Shown here: one piece after another, positions 50,811 through 62,899 of the stretch
Layout: the number at the start of each line of letters is the position of its first letter
Numbering within the stretch: the first letter of the stretch is position 1
Source of the DNA: Octopus bimaculoides
Lineage: Eukaryota
Direction: 5' to 3'
Assembly (NCBI RefSeq): GCF_001194135.2
Contig: NC_069005.1
Location: 23,573,150 to 23,637,149, forward strand
DNA: 64,000 nucleotides
Translations under genes and position numbers: made by a program
The notes under the pieces: model-generated
Database searches by the model: none
Told to the model about the DNA's origin: nothing
Seen by the model: only the letters and a program-made list of their open reading frames with translations

Positions 50811-51389
50811 AACATATGATGTCACTTGTGTGTACGCAGTAATCAATGAGTGGGCGGGTGACAGATAGACAAAGAGACGGACAGAGAGACAGAGTGAGGC
50901 AGGTAAGTAGGTAGGTGTGAAAAGTTCTGAATAATTTGTTTTAAATATTTATGAATCAATATCCAGGTTATCTCTACCTTCCCTGTTAGAATGTAAATTA
51001 TTTCTGACTGCTGAGCATTGTTTGTTTATATGTAAATTCTGAATATGGTTTCACATTGGCTTAAAACAACCTGGTGCTTCTATTTTAATTGATTCAGAAG
51101 TGGGGGTTTTTTATGTTTTTTTTTTAAACTCACTTTGTAATTCTCAACTATAATACTCTAAATCATTAATCAGTTTTGATCAGCTGTTATAAAATCAATT
51201 GAACTGGTTTTGTTTTTTGGAGTGGTGGTGGTGGTGGTAGTGGTGAGGTTTTTTTATTTCTTTTTTTAAATAAAGTTAAGCACCAAATGTATTTTTGACT
51301 TAGGTAAAAAAGAAAAACAGAAAATCCTTCCCCCCTCCTCCTCCACCTCCTTATCCTTCGAAAATGACACATGCTTAGGTTATTGACTC

Positions 51390-51720
51390 TCAGACATTCA
51401 CCAAAACACACATATACATACATTCACAAACACATAAATACATACAGACACACATAAATACATACACACACACACACATACATGCATACATACATACATA
51501 CACACATACATACATACATACATACATACATACATACATACACAGACACACACAAATACAGAAATATGCACAAACATGCTCATAAATACATCCATACACA
51601 AATACACAAACGCAATACAAACAAATACATACATATACACACAAGTAACATCACACACACACACACACACATATATATGTATGTATGTATGTATATGAAT
51701 ATCCATTATTTCATTCATCT
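51390..51720. repeat. (CA)/(CATA)n microsatellite complex
   Basis: Directly visible. Confidence 0.9.
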
Positions 51721-51984
51721 ACATAGATATAAATACAGAAATTAGCCCAGACTTCTTAGCTGCAAATAAACCATGCTGTCTTTTTCCCTGTATTGTGTCC
51801 ATGGCTAAAGAACCATTTCAAGATACATATTCCCGTTGCATCACCAATACACTGCACTGATGATTTCACTCAGGTCAATTAGTGTACAGATGTAGATTTA
51901 TAGCTTTCTTTTCATGTGCACGAGGGCATATTAAAGCCTTTCATACAACGAAAAACATTAAATTTAATGTTGTCATTATGTGCA

Positions 51985-52133
51985 GAAGTGGCTGTGTGGT
52001 AAGAAGCTTGCTTTTCTAACTACGCGGTTCCATGGTCAGTCCTACTACGTAGCACCTTGGAAAAATGCTTTCTTCTATAGCCTCGGGTCAACCAAAGTCA
52101 CGTGAGTGGATTTCGTAGACGGAAGCTTAAAGA

Positions 52134-52184
<51 letters not shown>

Positions 52185-52372
52185 TCCCCTACCACTGCTT
52201 GACAACTGTGCTGGTGTGTTTACATATCCGTAACTTAGTGGTTCGTCAAAAGAGACTAATACAATAAGTACTAAACTTAAAAGAATAAGTACTGGGGTTG
52301 ACTTGTTTGACAAAAACTCCTTCAAGGCAGTGCCCCAGCATGACCACAATCAAATGACTGAAACAAGTAAAC
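51985..52372 (+). mobile_element. SINE family A with internal (TG)n
   Basis: Full-length match. Confidence 0.88.
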
Positions 52373-52509
52373 GATAATAGATTCTAGAATGACCTCTCGG
52401 GAAGAACATATTTCTCTGAACTCTTTCATTGTTTTCTTTCTTCTATTTGGAAACGGGGAATATTTTACCCCAATATATTACAGGGTCATTAAACAACCTA
52501 TGACAGAAT

Positions 52510-52952
52510 AAAAAGTTTCGAATGGTACAACAATGCACCATATAATACAAAAGATGGACTATATACCTGTTGTAATTTAGTTATCTATAGTCCGATGATA
52601 TTTCGGAATTACAATTTCTTCTTCAGATCTTCTTAGATGAAGTCTCTGTTATCAGCTGTTTACTAACGGCTTTTATTTTTTCCCCAGGAGTGTCTCAGTA
52701 GTGGTCTCTCTCATGAGGAATTCTGGAAGGAGCTTCGTGAGACCACTACTGAGACACTTCCGGAACAAAAAAAAAAAAAAAAAAAAAAAAAAAGCCGTTA
52801 GTAAACAGTTGATAGCAGAGACTCCATCTAAGAAGATCTGAAGAAGGAATTGTATTCCGAAATATCATCGGACTATGGATAACTAAATTACAACAGGTAT
52901 ATAGTCCATTTTTTTGTATTATATTGCATTGTTGTACCATTCAAAACTTTTT
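52510..52952. repeat. Long foldback (~200-bp arms, ~28-nt loop) with a hammerhead-like core in each arm
   Basis: 52510-52708 is the reverse complement of 52739-52952, roughly 90% by eye apart from a polyA/T length difference. CTGAAGA-A-GGAAT-TGT-ATTCC-GAAA at 52838-52862. Confidence 0.92.
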
Positions 52953-53129
52953 GTTCTTTACAAACAATACACAATGCTTCAAGCAAACTACAATACTCTC
53001 TTAACCTATGACAGGTAACACAATATCTAATCATTTACTGACATCACCTATATATTTTGCCTCACTTCTCACCTACACTACTCAAAGGTTTTCACATTTA
53101 TATTGTATGGAAGTTCATCTGTGTAGACA

Positions 53130-53490
53130 GTTGTAAACAGAAGAGCTGATCATTCAAAGTGGATGGAACTTATGAAAGAGGGAAACCCAAGAAGACATGG
53201 GACGAAATACTAAAGGCCGATCTCAAGAGTCATACAAAAAGAGAAGACTAAGGATCAAGACATCTAGAGCAGAACTGATACCGGTGCTGGTCCCACATAA
53301 AAAGCACTGGTGCTGGTGGCATGTTAAAAGCCCTCAGTACACTCTGTGAAGTGGTTGGCATTAGAAAGGGCATTCGGCTATAGAAACCATGCCAGAACAG
53401 ACAATGGAGCCTGGTGTGGCTCATGGCATTACCAGCTCCAGTCCAAACTGTCCATTCCAGCATGGAAAACAGATATTAAATGATGATGAA
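53130..53490 (+). mobile_element. RTE-LINE 3' end
   Basis: SFKVDGTYERGKPKKTWDEILKADLK followed by the conserved tail. Confidence 0.85.
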
Positions 53491-54623
53491 GATTAAAAAT
53501 GAAGAGAAAAAGTTCTAATGTTTCCAGCACTAGCCCTGCATCAGAAGAAAAGTAAAGTATAGAAATAGAGGAGGAAAGTGAAAGAGGAAAAGTTGTTGTG
53601 GGGCGGGTAAAAATGTGTATGGTGTGAGGAGCCAGAGGGGATTATTATTCTGTGGGTGGGACTTAAGAAGGGGATGGGGGTGTGCACTTAGAAGAGTGCA
53701 ATAAGATAGACATAAGGGGGGAGATGCGTCTATGTGGGGTTTTTTGGCAGTAGGGGTGTGCTAGTGTAGAAGTGTACTGGCATGGGATGATGGGAATGTG
53801 GGTTAGGGATGTGTATGCATGTGTTGTGTGGAAGGAGAGATGAAAATAGAAGGGGGTGGCAAACGGAATGTGATGGGTGTGGTAGAAGTATATGAAAGAG
53901 TATGGGTGTCAGATGCAGCTGAGAGAGAAGTGAGAGGAGAACAAGAGGAAAGCAGGCTACTACTTCAGGTTCTGTCAGCCAATTTCATTTGCAAGGCAGG
54001 CATTGACTGACTTGCAGCTAGAAGTATAAACCGAACCCCTAACCATCTAGTTCTAAAGCAAACTTCTTAACCACACAACCATGGCTATGCACACACACAC
54101 ACACACACACACACACACNNNNNNNNNNNNNNNNNNNNNNNNNNNNNNNNNNNNNNNNNNNNNNNNNNNNNNNNNNNNNNNNNNNNNNNNNNNNNNNNNN
54201 NNNNNNNNNNNNNNNNNNNNNNNNNNNNNNNNNNNNNNNNNNNNNNNNNNNNNNNNNNNNNNNNNNNNNNNNNNNNNNNNNNNNNNNNNNNNNNNNNNNN
54301 NNNNNNNNNNNNNNNNNNNNNNNNNNNNNNNNNNNNNNNNNNNNNNNNNNNNNNNNNNNNNNNNNNNNNNNNNNNNNNNNNNNNNNNNNNNNNNNNNNNN
54401 NNNNNNNNNNNNNNNNNNNNNNNNNNNNNNNNNNNNNNNNNNNNNNNNNNNNNNNNNNNNNNNNNNNNNNNNNNNNNNNNNNNNNNNNNNNNNNNNNNNN
54501 NNNNNNNNNNNNNNNNNNNNNNNNNNNNNNNNNNNNNNNNNNNNNNNNNNNNNNNNNNNNNNNNNNNNNNNNNNNNNNNNNNNNNNNNNNNNNNNNNNNN
54601 NNNNNNNNNNNNNNNNNNNNNNN

Positions 54624-54896
54624 GGGAAGCCACTCATCTCCAGAACTACTTAAAATGCAAGCATAAGGAAAGGAAATCTCTGAATTGGAGGAGAGTACGT
54701 TGGAATTCGCTTTCTCTGGATGTTGCCGATGACTGAAACTGAATCCTTCACCCACTGAAGGCATCAAACCATCAGTAGAGATGGGAGGAGGAGGGGAGGG
54801 AATTGATGTGGTGCAGTGGTAGTAGGAGGAGAAGGAAAAGAGTGTGTTAATTTCTGAAATGTAAGGCTGTGTGTGGTGGTGGTGGTGTTGGCTCAT
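54624..54896 (-). CDS. Candidate coding segment running into a gap (MSQHHHHHTQPYISEINTLF..PPPPISTDGLMPSVGEGFSFSHRQHPEKANSNVLSSNSEISFPYACILSSSGDEWLP)
   Basis: 91 open codons of non-repeat sequence from the ATG at 54896. No recognised domain. The pyrimidine-rich strand lowers stop frequency. Confidence 0.22.
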
Positions 54897-55719
54897 GGGG
54901 AAAGACGAGGTGGTGGAAAAGAAGCTAAGTTGGAAACAACAGAATTTCTTGCACACATGCACATACACACGAGTGTATGCAAATACACACACATGCACAC
55001 AGACACACACATGTATATGGATGCAGATACAAAACAAACCAACAGACACACTGATTCAAATTATATACATCTTACCCATAGATGCAGACAGACACACACA
55101 AACATACGCCACACATACATACAAACACAGACCTAGATATAAAATAAACCAACAGCCACAGTAACTAACTCAAACACACATGTATGCACACACAGACATG
55201 CATGCATGCACACACGCACATACATGCACACACATGCACATACACACACAAACACACATGCACGTACACAAAAGTTCCTGTCCAATATCTCCACAGAACC
55301 GACAAACATCAAAATGCTTTCTAAATCCATATTGCTATTACTTTTGCTAGGCGTGACTGTTGCATAGGAATTATTGCTTCTCTCATCTTCTCTTGTCTTG
55401 GAATCATAATGGCAATGGCTAAAAGAGGTTTGTTGTTGATGTTATTGTTCAACTTCCAGGTCACCTCTAATTCCAGCAGACCAATGACCTTTGATCAAAT
55501 GTGTTCTAACTGCAGCCATTACATCTATTAATCGGTGTATTCATACCAAGGACTAAATTATCTAATATACACTCCCTCCATGCTGGTTAGTTCTTGGTGA
55601 GCCCTGATCTAATAAACCTATGATCAAGGATGTTCCAGATGTGGCCATACAGTCTTTTATTCAGAGTGTATTTAAGAATACATTGTCTAATGTGTCTCTC
55701 CTTAGTATTATTTAGCTCT

Positions 55720-55965
55720 AAGTCAACCCTAGGGTTTGTCCACAACACTCAGTAAGGAGCATAGGGCTAGTTTTCCAATTTCTCTGGCATATATATTCTT
55801 CCCTGGATGGGATGCCAGTCCATCTCAGGATCACTCATTTTTACCAGCTGAGTGAAATGAAGAGTTTTGCTCAAGAACACAATGCATTGCTTGGCCCAGG
55901 AGTCGAAACCATAATCTTACAATCATGAGGCCAACACCCTAACCACTAAGCCATGTGCCTCCACT
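55720..55965 (-). mobile_element. SINE family E
   Basis: Homologous to 6068-6317. Confidence 0.8.
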
Positions 55966-56084
55966 ATGTCAACCCTAATCCAATATATATTGGTTTTTAT
56001 TAGTGGGTTTCATGCACAATTCATATGTTTTCGTTTAATGGTTACATCAAGAAAATTGCCTTGGTTTTTTTACTTTTTCTTTCC

Positions 56085-56190
56085 GATGGTTTTTATTTTT
56101 TCTTTTCAATGGTTTTTCCTTTTTCTTTTCAATGGTTTTTCCTTTTTCTTTTCAATGGTTTTTCCTTTTTTTTTTTTTTCAATGGTTTTG
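56085..56190 (+). repeat. ~23-bp tandem repeat TTTTCAATGGTTTTTCCTTTTTC x4-5
   Basis: Directly visible. Confidence 0.88.
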
Positions 56191-56559
56191 TGAGAAACCT
56201 AGACTTTTAAATTATGTTAGTTCTTTCTGAACCTTTCTATAGATTGAGAACAGAAAATTCAAAATACAAGGAGCCCATTGTCTCTGTATATGCCTCTAGT
56301 GATGAAAGGGAATTTACCATGCAAAATTTTAAGAATATATAATCTGATCACATCCAGCATAGTTTACTGTGACTATCAACATATGTTAAGAGATGGTCAG
56401 GCAATATTCTTTGATAGTGAATTGGAAGAAGCAGTTTCTTTTCTCCTTTTGAATGACTGATTCATTTCAAGACTGATTCTGTATTATTCCATAATAGCAG
56501 AGAGGATTTTTTGGAGATTTTTCAAAGTTGGGTAGTGGGTAACAGTATACAATATACAA

Positions 56560-56856
56560 GGTACCAAACTGGCAGAACCATTAGGACATCATGTAGAATG
56601 TCTTGTGATAACATTTATTTTGGCTCCATGGCTCTGAGTTCAAATCTCAGTGAGGTTATTTTGTTTTTCATCATTCTGGGATGAATAAATAAAATACCAA
56701 TCAAGTACTAGGATTTTTTTTTTTAATCAGAACTGGCTACAAGATGCTGTGAGAAGGGTTGTAAAATACCCCTTGCAGTACCCTTTCTCTAGAAGTGGCA
56801 AAGGGTTGAGTGAGAAGCTGACCACTTCTAGAAAAACTGAAATGCTACTGAAGCCA
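56560..56856 (+). mobile_element. SINE B variant with a distinct 3' tail
   Basis: Reverse complement of 58281-58512. Confidence 0.75.
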
Positions 56857-56938
56857 TCTAAGGACAGGCTGCAGTACATTAGAAAACCATATCGATAATA
56901 TATGTTGTATGACTTGTAAAGAGTATATTAAGATTTAA

Positions 56939-57151
56939 CCCTTTGGTATTCAGATTAATCTATCAAATGTAATGCATATTTATTCACATTGTTTTGAATT
57001 AATTATGCATTATCATGTAGCTTTAAGATTTTGATTAAGTGACTGTATATTTTTAGACTAACATTGTAGGGTAGGTGAGAGAGAATGGATCTGGCCAGTC
57101 TGAACATAACACAGGAAAAATAATTTGGTCAGATATGGCTGGTTTAAAGGC
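56939..57151. mobile_element. piggyBac-type MITE (decayed right end)
   Basis: TTAA|CCCTTTGGTATTCAGA start; body homologous to 42815-43034. Confidence 0.78.
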
Positions 57152-57234
57152 TACTGTCAACTCTAATTGAGTAAAACTATTCTTCATTTTAAGACAGTAA
57201 GATGAAATTTTTTAGTGAAATTTGGCACTTATTT

Positions 57235-57470
57235 CTTATTTCTTTATTACCCACAAGGAGCTAAACACAGAGGGGACAAACAAGGACAGACAAAGGGATT
57301 AAGTCAATTACATCGACCCCAGTGCATAACTGGTACTTAATTTATCGACCCCGAAAGGATGAAAGGCAAAGTCAACCTTGGTGGAATTTGAACTCAGAAC
57401 GTAACGGCAGACAAAATACTGCTAAGCATTTCGCCCGGCGTGCTAACGATTCAGCCAGCTTGCCGCCTTG
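57235..57470 (-). mobile_element. SINE family B (young)
   Basis: Near-identical to 48609-48822. Confidence 0.92.
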
Positions 57471-58265
57471 CATCTATTTCTAGCCACTTTAGTGACCACA
57501 CTGAGGTTCTCCCATCAACCTGTTACATTTACTGGTTATTGTCAAAACAGAATATTATATTTGCATACAGAATGATAGGAGTAAGTTAATGCAATCTCTA
57601 ACCCCCAGCAACTAGTATTAATTTCTTTGATCAACCTCTTGCTATATGTAAACAAATGAAGGAGCTACTGTGTAAAATGACCCTTAAATCACATACCCTA
57701 CTGCTTTGATCCAACGAAATTTCTTTTACATGGTCACTCAACCTGCTAGAAACAGCAGCTAAATATTTTTCATATTATACACTACCATCTGAAAAACAGG
57801 CACATTAGATAATGCTGAACAAGGTAACATTCTGTCTTTAAGAAACAAGATAGTTATACTAATATCTGGGGAATTTTATGGGATGTGCTCAACCAGCAAG
57901 AAATAACAGCCAAATCTCTCTCAAATAACACCCTAACAATTTTGAAGAAGGAAGGACATAAATGACACTGTAATCTTAAATAAAAAAAAGGTAAGACAGC
58001 CATGGTAGGAATCTTTATCTTTTGATCATATATCTGCTGGATCCAAGGTTAACCAGGGGTTAAATAACAACGAAGAAGGATACATTAGATAGCATAGTTC
58101 AAGAGACTTTGATCAGAGATGTGCTGGTTCAAAGATGTCAAAGCCAATGTCATCTGAAATATGCAAAAACATGGGATGGTCACAGTTGGAATGTCTTCTG
58201 TAAGAGGTCTGCTCAATCAGGGATGACCAAGTTAAACACCAACAACAAAAAGGCACATATTAGAC

Positions 58266-58737
58266 CAGTGGTTCACAACCTGGCTTCAGTAGCATTCCAG
58301 TTTTTCGAAGTGGTCAGCTTCTCACTTAACCCTTTGCCACTTCTATAGGAAGGGCCCTGCAAGGGATCTTCCACAACTCTTCTCACAGCACTTTGTAGCC
58401 AGTTCAAATTTAAAAAAAAAAAAAATCAACTCCTAGTACTTGACTGGTATTTTATTTTTAGTCATCTCAGAATGATGAAAAGCAAAACAACCTCAGTGAG
58501 ATTTGAACCAAGAACTAGGGTTGGTCCATGTAAGATTTTGTTGTTGAAATTTATGAGCAATAAATTGTTTATACTTCTACGATACAAAGAATATTTTAAC
58601 AATTTTTTTAAACAACTAATAATAATTAATTATAAAAATACAATAGGAATTTTTTAAACATCAAAACGCTCTGAGAGTTCATCTGAATAAAATTGGAATC
58701 AAAGGGGTCCATAGGCAAAAACGGTTACGAACCACTG
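58266..58737 (+). mobile_element. hAT MITE with 8-bp TSD containing a nested SINE B variant (58281-58512, -)
   Basis: CAGTGGTTCAC / ACGAACCACTG termini. Flanks TATTAGAC / TATTAGAT. Confidence 0.85.
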
Positions 58738-59069
58738 TATTAGATCATACCCACTAGGAACACTATTTATGATTACTAGGTGTGATGGTCATGGCTGGTA
58801 AGTCTATTTGTTTATAAGTCTCCTAGATTGAGGTTGAGGTTAAACAACAAAAGTAGCGAGAACACATTAAATGACACCGTTTGAGAGATAAAGTATGTCT
58901 GAATCAACGATAGGACATTTGAATAAAAGAGGGGATACATTAGATAATGTAGTCCAAGATACACTATACCTGAACATAAGACACAACATAGACGATGTAG
59001 TCATTGACACACTAAGTTACCTTAAAAGATAGGTGTGGTTACATCCAATATGTCCTCGATCATTGGTCA

Positions 59070-59077
59070 GTTACTGT

Positions 59078-59108
<31 letters not shown>

Positions 59109-59121
59109 GCTGCTGCAGCTC

Positions 59122-59176
<55 letters not shown>

Positions 59177-59222
59177 AACCACCACCACCACTACTACTAC
59201 TGTTACCACCACTACTACTGTT

Positions 59223-59288
<66 letters not shown>

Positions 59289-59330
59289 GTTACCACTACC
59301 ACTGCTGCTGCTGCAACTACTACTAGACTC
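59070..59330. repeat. (ACT)n/(ACC)n trinucleotide microsatellite
   Basis: Directly visible; generates the poly-L/Y/S/V ORFs. Confidence 0.92.
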
Positions 59331-59875
59331 CAATGACCTCTGACTAGATAAATATAGGACTGGGACCAATTTCATTGGAATTAAAACCAAATGAAGCAAT
59401 AAGGAATTGTTCCTTCAAGAACCATAATTACAACATACATGGCTGAGTTTGCCACCAGAAGCTTGCACACCAAATATTTCTGATATGGTAAGTATACAAA
59501 GGATAGTAATGGCTTAGAGCTTTGCATTTCAAAGAATGCAGTTGTGCATTCTAAAAATTCTTGAAATTTAATTAAACTCAAATTTGCTTGATGTTTTTAA
59601 TTGAATTCACATTTGTAATTAGTGTAGAGTTCTTGATGTCAGCAGAATAAATGGTGGCTTAGAATAGAGTCAGAAATATCATAATGTCTTTGGGGTGGAC
59701 CAAAATAATGCAGTACCACAGAAAACTCTGCTGCCACCATTTTCACCATCAACAACATTATTAGCACACTCATTCCCTGCTGTGGTTGTTATCATAATCA
59801 ACATCATCATTATTATATAATTACATATAGATATATACATCATTACATAGCTATTATATATACATATAGATGCAA

Positions 59876-60712
59876 ACATGGCTGTGTAGTAAGAAGTTTG
59901 CTTCCTAGCACATGGTTCTTGGTTCAGTTCCCTTGCACAGCACTGTGGGCAAACGTTTTCTATTATAGCCTTGGCCCAACCAAAGCCCTGTGAGTGGATT
60001 TAGTAGACAGAAACTGAAAGAAGCCCATCATATATAATCCTATATTATATTATAAATAATTAGAATATATTCAGTGCTGAATATCATTCTGTATAAGCAC
60101 ATGTTACCGAGATGCAACTGGATAAATTCAAATCTCTTTCAGGGATATATAATTGTGAACAAAAGTCATCGTTGTTGTGATGGCTACATCGTGGTAGGTG
60201 ATCCTTGTTTATTTTTATATATCTTGACCATACGTGTACTGATGAACAAAAGAATACAGGTTACTTCACAGTTTTTTCTGTATTTGATTGAGAAACCAGT
60301 GGTCTACCGTTGAGTTAAATGTTTTTAAGAGATAAATTTTGAAAAGCTGCATTCCCTCGCTTTCGGTAAATATGTTGCTTATTTTTGGTAGTTTTTTTAC
60401 TTATTTAGTCCCTCGATAGCATGAGGCATTGATACACAGTTAATGCCCTTTATATATAATTATATATATATACATATATATATAGTGTGTCTGTGTCTGT
60501 GTCTGTTTCCCCACCATCACCTGACAACTGATGTTGGTGTGTTCACCCCTCCGTAACTTAGCAGTTTGGAAAAAGACACTGATAGAATAAGTACTAGGCT
60601 TACAAAGAATAAATCTTGGGGTTGATTTCCTCGACTAAAACCCTATAAGGCAGTGCTCCAGCATGGTTGCAGTCATATGACTGAAACAAGTAAAAGAATA
60701 AAAGAAAAGAAT
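59876..60712 (+). mobile_element. SINE A split in its internal AT tract by a ~410-bp hammerhead-bearing insert
   Basis: 5' half at 59876-60035, 3' half at about 60450-60712. Confidence 0.82.
60232..60310 (+). ncRNA. Type I hammerhead ribozyme motif (probable Penelope pLTR/retrozyme)
   Basis: CTGATGA at 60239-45 and GAAA at 60292-95. Stem III is ACC/GGT with an AGT loop, with a GUC triplet at 60302-04. Stem I is GTA/TAC plus ACG/CGT with one bulge. Stem II is CAA/TTG plus AATACAG/CTGTATT, with an A.A mismatch next to the core. Confidence 0.72.
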
Positions 60713-61008
60713 AGAGTAAGTAGTAGACTTTAAAAAAAATAATAAGTACAGGGGCTGATTTGTGTGACTAAATCCCTTCAAAGTGCAGTGCTCCAGCATG
60801 GCTGTAGTCCAATAAATGAAACAAGTAAATGACAAAGAAGAGGTTTTGGGTTTTGTTTCTCTTTTGTCTGTCTTTTAGACATGGGATAAGGCAATGCTCA
60901 GAATCCTTTTACTGGATCCTGTGGAAGGGATGAAAGGAAGGAGGCAGAGGTCCTTAAACTGGAGACCCAATGACTAGGTGATGGGTGTTAAACCAAGGAA
61001 CTGATTAA

Positions 61009-61386
61009 CCCATTAGCATTTAAACCAGCCATTTAAACCAATCAAAATATTTTACCTGTTTTATGTTCAAACTGGTTAGATCTGACTTCTAACACCAACC
61101 CTACAATATTATTCTCAATATTAACTGTAACCTCAACAAAATCTCAGAGCTACAAGATAATGCATGATTAGCACCCACTACACTCTCGGAGTGGTTGGCG
61201 TTAGGAAGGGCATCCAGCTGTAGAAACTCTGCCAAATCAGATTGGAGCCTGGTGTAGCCATCTGGTTCACCAGTCCTCAGTCAAATCGTCCAACCCATGC
61301 TAGCATGGAAAGCGGACGTTAAACGATGATGATGAATGTGAATAAATAAGCAGTGCATTTGACAGCATAATGTGAATGTTAAAGGG
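61009..61386. mobile_element. piggyBac-type MITE with a nested young RTE tail (about 61150-61335)
   Basis: TTAA at 61005-08 and 61387-90; the CpG-intact tail GCACCCACTACACTCTCGG..AAACGATGATGATG lies inside it. Confidence 0.85.
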
Positions 61387-61723
61387 TTAAATCTATCACA
61401 CAAGTAAACCAAAGTGGGATTCAGGTTCAGAGCTGAAACAAACACCACAAGGTACCTAGTCTGATATTCTTACAGTTCTGCCAATCCACTGGCCTGAATA
61501 CATATTTGTTTTTAATTCCAGTAGGATAAAAGGCAAAGTTGACCGTGGCAGGACTTGAACTCAGAGTGTAGAGATTCAAAAGAAATATTGTGACACAGTC
61601 AAACTGACACTCCAATAACTCAGTTAGCTACCCCCTAGTTCAACCCACCTTCAATTTTTATAGGAAAGAGATACTGTGAGTGGACCCTACCCACTCATTA
61701 CTCTTTCACAGCACAGTATAGTT

Positions 61724-62295
61724 CAGTGGTTTACAACCAGGGTCCAAATGGCCCTTTGGGTTCCATAGAAGATTTTGTTGTCAAAATTTATCTGCAATAA
61801 ATTGGTTGTTACTTGTACAATACACAAAACATTTTAATGATATTTAATTACGAAAATATAATATGAAGTTGTTAAACATTGAATGGCTAGGAGGAGGGTT
61901 CACCCAAGTAAAATGAACACCAAAGGGATCCATTTTTTTATTTATTTATGCACCCTTTTCAAGCCTAGCCAGGCTCATGGGTCCGGTTTCCCAGTTTCTA
62001 TGGCGTATGTGTTCCCCCCCAGCTGGATGGGACGCCAGTCCATCGCAGCGTTACTCAAGAAAGAGGAAGAAAGAGTGAGAGAAAGCTGGGGCGAAAGAGT
62101 ACAACAGGGGTCACCACCAATCCCTGCGGAAGCCTCGTGGAGCTTTAGGTGTTTTCGCTCAATAAACACACACAACGCCCGGTCTGGGAATCGAAACCAC
62201 GATCCTTCGACTGCGAGTCTGCTGCCCTAACCACTGGGCCATTGCGAAAGGGATCCATAGGCAAAAAAAAAAAAGAAAATGGCTGAGAAACATTG
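61724..62295 (+). mobile_element. hAT MITE with 8-bp TSD containing nested SINE E (61950-62245, -)
   Basis: CAGTGGTTTAC / GAGAAACATTG termini. Flanks GTATAGTT / GTGTAGTT. Confidence 0.85.
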
Positions 62296-62424
62296 GTGTA
62301 GTTGAAAGAGAGAGAGAGAGAGAGGGGGGAGGGAGAGAGGGAGGGAGAGAGGGAGGGAGAGAGTGAGTGAGAGAGAAAAAAAGGTTGCAAAATTAACTGG
62401 TATTTTATTAATCAGCCTCAATAA

Positions 62425-62645
62425 TTCAGCAAGCTGGCAGAATCATTTGAGCACCAGACAAAATACTTAGTGGCTTTCATCTGTATCTACATTCTGAGTT
62501 CAAATACTGCCAAAGTCAACTTTGCCGTTCATCCTTTTAGGGGCCGATGAAAATAAGTATCAGTCAAGCACTGGGGTCAATGTAATCAACTAGGCTCCCT
62601 TCCCCAAAATTTCAGGCCTTGTGTCTATAGAAGAAAGGATTAATC
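62425..62645 (+). mobile_element. SINE family B
   Basis: GCAAGCTGGCAGAATCATT head and core. Confidence 0.82.
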
Positions 62646-62899
62646 AACTTCAGAAATATAAAAAGCAAAAGTGACCTCAGCAGGATTTGAACTCACAAAC
62701 TACAGATCCAGAACAAATAATACTGCAAAGTTAATCGAACACCTGACACTGTTAGAAAACTGAACTGTTATTTGTATCTCCCCCTCCTGCCCCTCCTCCT
62801 GTCCTGTGTAGAATCTGCAACACGTGACTGACACATCACTGCACAGTTTATCAGCTACGAACACACCTGAGAGATGCGTCGTTCTGTTGCAATGCAGCG

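Noticed and set aside
2758-55049. Long ORFs containing X runs or YIYI/CVCV/HTHT strings
   Set aside because: Artefacts of N-gaps and dinucleotide repeats.
59035-59399. Poly-Leu/Tyr/Ser/Val ORFs and a mucin-like Thr frame
   Set aside because: Products of the (ACT)n microsatellite; no start or splice support for the Thr frame.
60143-60193. Exon-like AG|GYIIVNKSHRCCDGYIV|GT resembling an EMI/MEGF CCxGY motif
   Set aside because: It lies in the insert that splits a SINE and carries the hammerhead, and no neighbouring EGF-like exons exist. Most likely chance.
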